Shown: positions 16,956 to 25,155 of the stretch, piece after piece | Layout of the letters: every line of letters starts with the position of its first letter | How positions within the stretch are numbered: the stretch's first letter is position 1 | Assembly: GCA_034439715.1 (NCBI GenBank) | Contig: JAWXAY010000086.1 | Coordinates: 1-26,805, forward strand | Length of the DNA: 26,805 bases | Source: Pseudomonadota bacterium | Lineage (GTDB): Bacteria > Bdellovibrionota > Bdellovibrionia > Bdellovibrionales > SG-bin7 | Reading direction: 5' to 3' | The notes under the pieces: model-generated | What the model was told of the DNA's origin: nothing | Database searches by the model: none | The model's input: only the letters and a program-made list of their open reading frames with translations | Made by a program: the position numbers and the translations under genes

Positions 16956-18214
16956 TTATACTATTTTAAGTGAATCAATCATGGCCTTTATGCCATGAGT
17001 TTGAAATAATTTTTTGGCCTTCTGCCCGGGATTTTCCTCGGCCTTTAATCGCTCAAAGAGTGGTTTCAATAATTCCTCTTCTTTAAAACCACGAGCCGCA
17101 AGTCCTTTGTAGGCGAGAGATAGAATTTCAAGCAAAAACCCTGGCACTGGCCGTTTGGCGCCAAGTCCAAAACGTACGGATTCCTTATGATAATCGTTTA
17201 GCAGTGGCCAAGCCTGATTTCCAAATTGTTGGTTGAGATAGGACTGTATTTCTTTTTCGCCTTCAATGAGGCCCAACGAAAGCGCCGCAACGCTCATGTG
17301 TTCAGACCAAGGCTGCTGACAGGCTGGGCGAATTTCGACTGTGGAGTGGGCCGAGCGCGCACGGGCGCTATTCCATAGATAATGGTCATGCATCAAAAAA
17401 GATTCAAGGTCTGGACCATTTTCTTTGATGACTTCTGTAAAGGGAACGTTGACGGCATAATAGGATTTATTTTTTAGTAAAAGACATGTTTTTGAGAGAG
17501 TCTTTCGATAAAGTCATTTATGTCATCGTAGGGGCGCTCGATCATACCGTGGCGCTGCTCTTCCGGAAATATATCTTTTTTTAAGCCCTCTCGGTGGCAA
17601 ATAAAGTCTTGGTTGTCCCCACACACCGAGGAGTTACCGCAGAGAGCGATTATCACAGGAGCCATTAGGATTCCGAAGTTAGTAAACTTAATAATCTCAT
17701 CTTTAGTAATGTCTATTTGCGCTTGGTCACTTGAAGTCACACAAAACCACAGCCAACTAGGTCCCATAATATCGAAAAGTAATTTATAGCGTTGCTTGGG
17801 TGACATTAGTTGAGGAGTGGCTCGTGTAATGGGTTGTATGCCAAATCCCAAGACGTGATATTTTTTATCTCTACAAATTTTCAATAGGGGCTGCATAGCT
17901 TTCTCGTGCATGTCTTTCAATTCAAAAAGTGTATGGGCGGGCCCGGTAATGACTTCAATTGTGCCGAGTCCCACTTCTGACGAATAGCTAGCAGCTTTAC
18001 TCTCAAGGCCTACAAGCATTTTCTCGTTAGGGAGATTATCATAAAGAGCCTTAAAATTTCCGGTGGCTCTCAATGGTTCAAACAATTCAAAAATATTCGC
18101 GGCGGTACCATCGTCTTTGACAACGGTGTATTCGGCCTCACGCCCTATCATGCGTGGACCTCTTAAGTGTTCACGAAACCTTGCCTGAAATTGATTTCCC
18201 AAGGTGCCACTCAT
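16956..18214 (-). pseudogene. Glutamate--cysteine ligase family (GCS2/GshA-like) gamma-glutamyl ligase, split by a 1-nt frameshift (real or sequencing error)
   Basis: The 5' ORF has IGREAE, SSEVGLGTIE, PKQRY, TSSDQAQID and ALCGNS. The 3' ORF has HDHYLWNSAR...TVEIRPACQQP. Adding one base between 17477 and 17513 joins them into a single 419-aa frame. Confidence 0.75.
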
Positions 18215-18954
18215 AGGTTCCTCACGATTTTTACAAGGTCACTATGATGCTGACAGATGGCTGAGGCCTTAGTATTTTTACTCGCGCGATCAATGATCCC
18301 CGTGTATAAAATAGACTTCATGCCCATATTGTTAGGTCCCGTCACATCGTTACTTTCGCGATCGCCGATATGGGCGATTTCGCCATAATTAAATCCTAAA
18401 TCCTTTTGGGCCAACTCAAAAACTTTTCTGCTCGGTTTCGAGACTCCAGCTTCGTCAGAAAAAACAAAAACAGAAAAGTATTCTTGGAGATTATATTTTT
18501 TTAGAATTTGCCTTAAGCCAGTGCCCGGGGTGTGAATAGCATCAGAAATTATGGCGAGATCCATGGTCTTGGATAATTTTTTAAGTGCGTCTTCAATTCC
18601 AGGTGCGAGTAGAGGCATGATTTCAACTTCCATCAACTCTATTTCGTGAACCGTATTTTCAAATCCTGGCGTGGATTTAATGCCAAGGCTCTCGTAGGCA
18701 TACCCCAACCTTTCACTAACGGTAGGGGTAAAGTGTTCGTTCTTCCAATGATGATTAAACTTTTCGTTGGCCAGGGCAAAGGCTTCAGCAATTTTTTCTT
18801 CGGAAATATTTTTATGATGCTGTTTTATTTCTGTACTCAATAGCTTTAGACGAGCCAGTGGTTTAGACGGCAATCCCATTTTTTTTCTGACTTCTTCGTC
18901 AGAGTCGTCGATAACAATTGTGTCCCAGAGGTCAAAGGTTATTGCACGGATCAT
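18211..18954 (-). CDS. HAD-superfamily hydrolase
   Basis: ITFDLWDT motif I, IISD, SKP and HIGDRESND; ATGA overlaps on both sides. Confidence 0.9.
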   Translation of the reverse strand: MIRAITFDLWDTIVIDDSDEEVRKKMGLPSKPLARLKLLSTEIKQHHKNISEEKIAEAFALANEKFNHHWKNEHFTPTVSERLGYAYESLGIKSTPGFENTVHEIELMEVEIMPLLAPGIEDALKKLSKTMDLAIISDAIHTPGTGLRQILKKYNLQEYFSVFVFSDEAGVSKPSRKVFELAQKDLGFNYGEIAHIGDRESNDVTGPNNMGMKSILYTGIIDRASKNTKASAICQHHSDLVKIVRNL

Positions 18955-19481
18955 GATACAAGCTCCGAAGGCCGCAAGAATTTCAAATAGTGTTTAAGTT
19001 CATTGATGCTTTCTTGGATGTCGTCAAGTGCGCGGTGAGCATTTTTCTTTTCATAAGAGATATTATACTTTTCTTTAAAAATTATTTTCCAAGAAGAAAC
19101 ATCAAGCATGCGGTAGTGTAGCCGAGACGAAAATTTTTTAAAATGCCTGTTGATAAACAGGCGATCTTGGGCGATGGAGTTACCCGCAATTATGGCACGC
19201 TCGTTACTAAAATGTTTATCGAGCAGGTGGCAAAGCTCATCTTCAACCCTTTCGGGGTCAGTACCCTTAGGAACTTGGTCTATGAGGCCCGATTCTTTGT
19301 GATGTTTTTTATTCCAGTCGTCCATGCCTTCAAGATATTTTTTTGGCTGCTTAATTACGGCATGGAAGGTATCTAGAGCCGTAAATTCCATATCCGTAAC
19401 GACTACTGCGCATTCGATTATAACTTCTTTCTCAACGTCGAGCCCGGACATTTCGAGGTCTACCCAAAGTAATTTTGCCAT
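18951..19481 (-). CDS. orn: Oligoribonuclease
   Basis: LLWVDLEMSGLD, GNSIAQDR, HYRMLDVSS and HRALDDIQESI (DEDDh). Confidence 0.96.
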   Translation of the reverse strand: MAKLLWVDLEMSGLDVEKEVIIECAVVVTDMEFTALDTFHAVIKQPKKYLEGMDDWNKKHHKESGLIDQVPKGTDPERVEDELCHLLDKHFSNERAIIAGNSIAQDRLFINRHFKKFSSRLHYRMLDVSSWKIIFKEKYNISYEKKNAHRALDDIQESINELKHYLKFLRPSELVS

Positions 19482-19523
19482 GGCATGATTATAAGGGACA
19501 AGGAGGGCGCCAGCAATAAATTG

Positions 19524-19766
19524 TTAGTTTATTACGACGATTAATACGCCTTCGTTAGATTTACCATTTTTGTCTTTTTCGTAATGCCAAGGGTAGCCAC
19601 CCTGTTTTAAATATGTAATGACAGAGCTTTTAACTTTGCCGGTACCTTTGCCGGTCATGATACGAACCTTCTTGAGCCCTTTTTGTTGCGAGGCATAGAT
19701 AAAGTTATCAACTTTACCTGTCACCTCGTCGGTAGTAAGCCCATGAAGATCTAACAGATCATTCAT
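19524..19766 (-). CDS. Stand-alone Smr domain protein
   Basis: LDLHG...IMTGKG...NEGVLIV; 80 aa. Confidence 0.9.
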   Translation of the reverse strand: MNDLLDLHGLTTDEVTGKVDNFIYASQQKGLKKVRIMTGKGTGKVKSSVITYLKQGGYPWHYEKDKNGKSNEGVLIVVIN

Positions 19767-19772
19767 AGTACG

Positions 19773-20489
19773 TTAAAAGTGCATGACATAGCCGAGAAGC
19801 GCTTGAAAGCCTGACATAGTGACGAACATGTCCCGTCCATCCATCTCGACCTCTTGGCCAACGGTCGCTTGGCTAATGCCGATAGGCGCACCGCCTGGCG
19901 TCCCCGAAACTTTATCTGCGAGCACGCGATCAAAAGAAAGCTGGCGCACGTTGCCTTCGAGCGACATGCAATGAAAATCTGTAAAGCAAATTTCGATGCC
20001 GAGACCAACGAGATAACCCAAATCATTGCCGCTAAATTCGATATCAAAAGTGTCTTCTTGAATGTGTCCGTTAGCGTGCCCGAAACCAATTCCTATCTGA
20101 AAAAAAAGTTTTAAAATATCGCTTTCAAGAGGAAAAAATCTAAAAATTGGAAAGATAGTAAATCCGGTGACTCCGTATTCAAATTTGGCGCCCGAGTTGT
20201 CGGTGCCTTCTTCGGTGTGAAACATGTAGGTGGGGCGAAGGAGCATTTCGTAAATCGTTCCGCTAAAGCGATAGCCCGCGCTTGCTGCAAACTCAAATGC
20301 AGTACCGAGGTCACCGGTAGATATTCCGCCTTCACGGGTATTAGCTCGGTTTTTTAATGTGTCCATGTCTTTTTGATTGGTAGTGAGCATGCCACCATGA
20401 ACTCCAATCTCAAAACCTCCCCCGCCGCCACGGGCCTGAGCGAAGTTTAAAAAAGCACTGACTGCAAAAATTGAAATTAATATTTTCAT
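19773..20489 (-). CDS. Outer-membrane beta-barrel protein
   Basis: Start moved to ATG 20489 (GAGGA SD); signal peptide ending AQA; alternating beta-strand pattern; C-terminal GYVMHF. Confidence 0.75.
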   Translation of the reverse strand: MKILISIFAVSAFLNFAQARGGGGGFEIGVHGGMLTTNQKDMDTLKNRANTREGGISTGDLGTAFEFAASAGYRFSGTIYEMLLRPTYMFHTEEGTDNSGAKFEYGVTGFTIFPIFRFFPLESDILKLFFQIGIGFGHANGHIQEDTFDIEFSGNDLGYLVGLGIEICFTDFHCMSLEGNVRQLSFDRVLADKVSGTPGGAPIGISQATVGQEVEMDGRDMFVTMSGFQALLGYVMHF

Positions 20490-20582
20490 AGCTATATCCT
20501 CTTGTCGTTGAGCCATTATTTTGGTCTGAGACCAGGTAATAGACAAGAGAGATCAATCGTCTAAAAAAATCTAGCCAAAGGT

Positions 20583-21158
20583 TCAGAGGCTGAGGATATA
20601 ACTGACAGAGAGGGTAAAGGTGGAAACATCAAAGGGCAAAGTTCCAAAGCCATCATTATAGGGGATGTCGAACTTTCCAGTGCTGGTCTCAAGTTGGGTG
20701 TAATTATGTAAAGTGTAGTCGAGGCTCATATTGAACTTTGACATCATAGGAATGCCAACTCCAATTCGCGCAGCCATTCCCGTGAATGTCTGATCACGAG
20801 TCGGGATATCTAACTGATCGAGCGGGTAGAGCCCTGCCCAAGTCCGGCAAACGCTAAAATTGCCCGCGAAATAGGCGCCAATTTGCGTTTGAGAGGCGCC
20901 ATAAATTACTTGTGGATTGTCCTGATATTCTTGAGCGAGGTGGCCGTATAAACTTTCTAGCCCAAGCTCAAAACGGGGACTTAAGGGAATACCTGCGCGA
21001 AGTGAGACGGCCGGTCCTGTTAGGCTCGCTTTTCCTGCGAGAGGGCCTTGATCAATCTTTCCTGCTTGATAGGAAACCGAGGGCTCCAATATAAAATTGG
21101 CCTCACCAAACGGACTAAAAACAATCATTAAAAAAAGACCGATAAAAAATATTTGCAT
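20583..21158 (-). CDS. Small outer-membrane beta-barrel protein
   Basis: Signal peptide, FILEPSVSY first strand, amphipathic strands and terminal LSVSY. Confidence 0.65.
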   Translation of the reverse strand: MQIFFIGLFLMIVFSPFGEANFILEPSVSYQAGKIDQGPLAGKASLTGPAVSLRAGIPLSPRFELGLESLYGHLAQEYQDNPQVIYGASQTQIGAYFAGNFSVCRTWAGLYPLDQLDIPTRDQTFTGMAARIGVGIPMMSKFNMSLDYTLHNYTQLETSTGKFDIPYNDGFGTLPFDVSTFTLSVSYILSL

Positions 21159-21231
21159 TGATGCCAACAAATAATGCTAAGACCGGTAGTTTGTCATTGA
21201 AAAAGAAGTAATTCTTAAATAAAGATAGGAT

Positions 21232-21753
21232 ATGAACAATAGTTTTTTAAAGATTTTGGGTTTAATCGTGCTGGCAGTAGCTAGTCGATTCTTACCCCAC
21301 CCACCAAATTTTTCGCCTGTAGCAGCGATTTCCCTCTTAGGCGGCGCTTACATTCTCAACCGAAAAATCGCTTTGGCACTACCGATTATAGTTTTACTTT
21401 TAAGTGACTTAATATTGGGATTTTACCCAGGTATGCTGTTTAACTACTTAGGTATGGTGTTAATAGTGTTTTTAGGCCAAAAACTTGGTGAAAATATTTC
21501 ATTAAACCGGGTGGGTGGGTACACAGTTACCGGCTCCACTTTGTTTTTTGTCGCAAGCAATTTTGGTGTTTGGTTTTCGCAAACTATTTACCCTTTCAAT
21601 TTTTCGGGTCTTATCAGCTGTTATGTCAATGCTATTCCCTTTTTCGGTTATACGCTGCTCGGTGATTTAAGTTATGGTATGGTGTTGTTTAGTTTAGCGC
21701 AAGTGCTGAAAGCAAAGCGTGTACCTAGTCCTTCTTCAGTAGTAGGGTTTTGA
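21232..21753 (+). CDS. DUF6580-like membrane protein (putative ECF-type vitamin-binding component)
   Basis: SRFLPHPPNFSPVAA, LSDLILG, FFVASNFGVW and CYVNAIPFF motifs; 5-6 TM segments. Confidence 0.8.
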   Translation: MNNSFLKILGLIVLAVASRFLPHPPNFSPVAAISLLGGAYILNRKIALALPIIVLLLSDLILGFYPGMLFNYLGMVLIVFLGQKLGENISLNRVGGYTVTGSTLFFVASNFGVWFSQTIYPFNFSGLISCYVNAIPFFGYTLLGDLSYGMVLFSLAQVLKAKRVPSPSSVVGF

Positions 21754-22018
21754 TACTTTCAAGATCTGAAGTCTGAATTTTCGTTAGCCATTTTTGCTCA
21801 GGATAAATAACCACTGCAATTCCTTCCTCACAATGACTTAAACATCCCGATTTTGAGACTTTGATGTTCTGAGCACGAATGCTGTCGGACTTGACCCACT
21901 CTTTAAGTTTTTTGCGAAGTTCTTCGGATCCTTTTTGGGCGCAACACTCACGACCATCTTCGCGAGTGTTGGTACAGACAAAAATATGTTTTTCAAATTT
22001 TATAGGTTTTTGTTCCAT
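21725..22018 (-). CDS. Thioredoxin-like [2Fe-2S] ferredoxin
   Basis: HIFVCTN...CC..KGS, KSGCLSHCEEG and VIYP motifs. Start is ATG 22018 or GTG 22021, overlapping the upstream stop. Confidence 0.88.
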   Translation of the reverse strand: MEQKPIKFEKHIFVCTNTREDGRECCAQKGSEELRKKLKEWVKSDSIRAQNIKVSKSGCLSHCEEGIAVVIYPEQKWLTKIQTSDLESIKTLLLKKD

Positions 22019-22917
22019 CACAGATACGGCTTTGCAAATTCGATTTTAGTGACGTGCTCACCCATGCACTGATCATCTTTGCACACATTCGATACCCGGC
22101 AATTGGCGCCTTCTTTGGTGATGTAATCAGTCTCGCCGCGAACAAGGATTCCTTCGACGGCTCCTGTCTCTGAATTAAATACCGCAGAACCTGAGTTTCC
22201 GCCATAGGTATCGAGATTTGCCACAAAGTAAGCCACTGGGCTGGGGTCACGAACTTGCGCTCCGCCAGAAACTTTAGTGGGAAGGCCCGAGGGATGCCCG
22301 ATTACTAATACAGAGTCACCCTTTTGAATTTGACCATCGCCTCTCAAAGCAAGTGGTGAGAAATTATTAACCTCACGATCTAATTCAACCACGGCAAAGT
22401 CGGCACCATAATCGGCAAAGGATTCTGTGCGAACTACTTTTTTGCAAGCGTAGACATAATCTCGAGGCAAGACACTTGGCAGTTTGCCATCTTCTTTAAC
22501 GGCGAAACCAAATACAAATTTTGTTTTGTTGCAGTTCGAGTCGCTAATACAGTGACCCGCAGTCACTATTTTATTAGGAGCCACTAGAAATCCCGAACAA
22601 AAGGCCGCTGAGTCTTGTTGTCGGTAGGGCTCACTTTCACAAAGATTATAACGAGAACCAAAGTTAGAGCCAAGAATTCGGACCTCATCATTATTTAAAA
22701 CCTCAATAGTTTCGGAACGCATGAGTGCGACAGTGGAGGAGGCTAATGCCAATAGATTAGCGTCTTCAACTTGGTAGAGATCCTTTCGATCATCACTTCC
22801 GTAGATCACGTTGCTTTTAACCAGCGGTTTATGAATTTTATCTGAACTACTTTGAGTATTATTTTCACAACCGAGCAGAATAAACGATATAACCAACACT
22901 ATTATTATGCGATTCAC
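22018..22917 (-). CDS. Trypsin-like (S1) serine protease lipoprotein
   Basis: GTG start with AGGAGG SD; LLGC lipobox; VIYG, TAGHC, DFA and GGNSGS catalytic triad motifs. Confidence 0.92.
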   Translation of the reverse strand: MNRIIIVLVISFILLGCENNTQSSSDKIHKPLVKSNVIYGSDDRKDLYQVEDANLLALASSTVALMRSETIEVLNNDEVRILGSNFGSRYNLCESEPYRQQDSAAFCSGFLVAPNKIVTAGHCISDSNCNKTKFVFGFAVKEDGKLPSVLPRDYVYACKKVVRTESFADYGADFAVVELDREVNNFSPLALRGDGQIQKGDSVLVIGHPSGLPTKVSGGAQVRDPSPVAYFVANLDTYGGNSGSAVFNSETGAVEGILVRGETDYITKEGANCRVSNVCKDDQCMGEHVTKIEFAKPYL

Positions 22918-23006
22918 GATGGACCTCCTAAAGTCTAGTAAACTTCAGTTCGGAGTCCTAAGCCAAAAGACGAGTCTAGTTTTCTACACGAAGGGTGAGT
23001 TTTTTT

Positions 23007-23021
23007 ATCTCAATTTGAGAT
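23007..23021. promoter_or_regulatory. Intergenic palindrome, candidate operator
   Basis: ATCTCAA-T-TTGAGAT between divergent genes, followed by a degenerate copy (TATCAATCTGAGAT). Confidence 0.4.
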
Positions 23022-23072
23022 TTTATCAATCTGAGATCAGCTAAAACTAAAAGTGGATTTTCGTCGAGTTTT

Positions 23073-23080
23073 GCCGATAA
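23073..23080 (+). promoter_or_regulatory. Sigma28 (FliA)-type -10 element
   Basis: Exact GCCGATAA 11 nt upstream of ATG 23092. No convincing TAAA -35 at canonical spacing. Confidence 0.4.
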
Positions 23081-23091
23081 GTATTTAGTAA

Positions 23092-23685
23092 ATGTCTATG
23101 AAGCAAAAACATTTTAAAATTATAAGCCTCTTATTGCTGACCATGGCTATCATGGTTAAATATCAGAATTGCGCGCCTGCAAAGTCACTGAATTCTCAAA
23201 ATAACTTTGTGCCATCAGATCAGGTCAGCGTGATCGACAATATCCATAAGGGTACGGTTCTCTCGTTCGTCGATCAAGAGGTTCAAGTCTCCAGTCTATT
23301 TTTATCGACGTACCTTATGGGCCAGTGCGATCCTGATCAGAACGGTGCTATTATGAGTTGGAATATATCAAGACAGCTCTCGGGAGAGAATGAGGGCTCA
23401 GGAACGGCGAAATGTGTTGGTGGAGTATTCTCGGTACCTGTTGATATTGAGGCCATGGAATGCGAATCGGTTTATCAACTAAGGGCAGAATTCGGTTTTG
23501 ATAAAGGAGCAGAAACAGAGCTCAAAAAACGTTGCCCACGTGAAATTCAAAACCTAGTGGATCAGCGCATGGCCCAACTTGGTGCCTTCTGTTTCATTGA
23601 GCATAATGAAGAAAACACTTGCTTCAAATCTTGTTATCAAGAAGGAAAGCTCTTTTTAGAGGAACGCATTTCTTGTCCTAATTAA
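23092..23685 (+). CDS. Cys-rich putative lipoprotein (YQNC signal motif)
   Basis: Basic N-terminus, hydrophobic stretch, YQNC, then eight further Cys; converges on pyrC with an 8-nt overlap. Confidence 0.75.
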   Translation: MSMKQKHFKIISLLLLTMAIMVKYQNCAPAKSLNSQNNFVPSDQVSVIDNIHKGTVLSFVDQEVQVSSLFLSTYLMGQCDPDQNGAIMSWNISRQLSGENEGSGTAKCVGGVFSVPVDIEAMECESVYQLRAEFGFDKGAETELKKRCPREIQNLVDQRMAQLGAFCFIEHNEENTCFKSCYQEGKLFLEERISCPN

Positions 23686-25021
23686 ATCGGCAGGGTTGTC
23701 CGGCTGGATTCCCAATAACTTTATCATCTTGCATTGCCACATGGCCATTGACGATTGTCATTCGCGGCCAGCCTGTGACTTTCTTGCCATGAAAAGGAGT
23801 CCAACCACATTTACTTGCAATCCAATCATTGGAAATAACCCGCTGAGCTTTGAGATCAATGAGAGTAAGGTCAGCATCAAAGCCCTCAGCAATCGAGCCT
23901 TTATTTTGTATTCCGAATAAGCGGGCTGGATTTATTGAAGTGATTCCAACTAATTTTTCAAGTGATAACTTTCCCTCGTTGACATGATTTAGCATGATGG
24001 GGAGGAGTGTTTGAACACCCGGCATTCCCGACGGAGTGTTGGGGTAGCCCTTCAATTTTTCTTCGCGCGTGTGAGGCGCATGATCTGAACCCAATACATC
24101 AATAACATTATCGCCAAGCGCTTGCCACAACCCTAAGAAATGTTTTCGATCTCGAATGGGCGGGTTCATTTGTGCAAACGTGTCCAGCGCATCATAACAT
24201 TCGGGAGCATAAAGAGTTAAATGTTGGGGGGTGCATTCTACACTAGCGTACGTTTTATGTTTGCTTAAGAATTCCATTTCTTGGCTTGTGGTGACGTGAA
24301 GAATATGAACGTGGCGCTTGTGCTTCTCAGCAAATCCCACGATCTTTTTCGTTGCTATGAGTGCGGTTTCCTCATCTCTCCAAACCGGGTGCATATGAAC
24401 TTTTGGAGTTAGTCCAAGGAGTGCCTTTCTTTCTATGAGTCGGTCGTCATCTTCACAATGAATACTCATTCTACGCTGGCTTGAAGAAACAATCTTCTCG
24501 ATGGCGTCGTCATCCTTTACCAAGAGTTCACCGGTGGACGTACCCATAAATAGTTTAATCCCACAACATCCCGGCAGTTTCTCTAAATCCTTTAAAGTTG
24601 AAATATTTTGAGAAGTGGCGCCAACAAAAAAGGCATAATTAACCCAAGCTCTGTCTCTGGCCAGGTCAAGTTTACGTTTAAATTCAGCCTCATTTGTAGT
24701 AGGTGGGCTGGTGTTTGGCATTTCAAACACAGTTGTTACGCCACCAAGAACGGCCGCCTTAGTGCCGGTAAAGATATCTTCTTTGTGCTCGTTTCCGGGT
24801 TCACGAAAATGCACTTGAGTGTCGATAACGCCGGGAATGACATAGAGACCTCGGGCATCGATCACAGTCTTGGCTCGAGAAGAGTCAATCTGTCCGATTT
24901 TAGAAATCTTGTTGTGAACAATACCAATGTCGGTTTCTTGGAAAGAAACTTTGTCCGGACCTGGTTGGGCAGCTACCTGGCCTGATTTTATGACAAGATC
25001 AAAATAAGGAGTCTGGGGCAT
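23678..25021 (-). CDS. pyrC: Dihydroorotase (long, amidohydrolase type)
   Basis: PGVIDTQVHFREPG, EMPNT, KLFMGTST, HCED, ECTPQHL, MNPPIR, GSDHAPH and NPAR motifs. Confidence 0.88.
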   Translation of the reverse strand: MPQTPYFDLVIKSGQVAAQPGPDKVSFQETDIGIVHNKISKIGQIDSSRAKTVIDARGLYVIPGVIDTQVHFREPGNEHKEDIFTGTKAAVLGGVTTVFEMPNTSPPTTNEAEFKRKLDLARDRAWVNYAFFVGATSQNISTLKDLEKLPGCCGIKLFMGTSTGELLVKDDDAIEKIVSSSQRRMSIHCEDDDRLIERKALLGLTPKVHMHPVWRDEETALIATKKIVGFAEKHKRHVHILHVTTSQEMEFLSKHKTYASVECTPQHLTLYAPECYDALDTFAQMNPPIRDRKHFLGLWQALGDNVIDVLGSDHAPHTREEKLKGYPNTPSGMPGVQTLLPIMLNHVNEGKLSLEKLVGITSINPARLFGIQNKGSIAEGFDADLTLIDLKAQRVISNDWIASKCGWTPFHGKKVTGWPRMTIVNGHVAMQDDKVIGNPAGQPCRFN

Positions 25022-25126
25022 TTGTAGATTCTAACATAGGGCTAGTCGAGATGGCCATATTTTTTTTGGGCCAGAAATGCCACCAAGGCCTTAATAATCC
25101 TAACATCACTGACGATAAGTTTTTGG

Positions 25127-25150
25127 ATAGAGACAAAAATAGAGACAAAA
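25127..25150 (+). repeat. 12-bp tandem direct repeat
   Basis: ATAGAGACAAAA x2, ending 5 nt upstream of ATG 25156. Confidence 0.7.
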
Positions 25151-25155
25151 AATTG

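Noticed and set aside
17474..17516. Programmed -1 ribosomal frameshift
   Set aside because: No in-frame X_XXY_YYZ heptamer or clear stimulatory hairpin; an indel is the simpler explanation.
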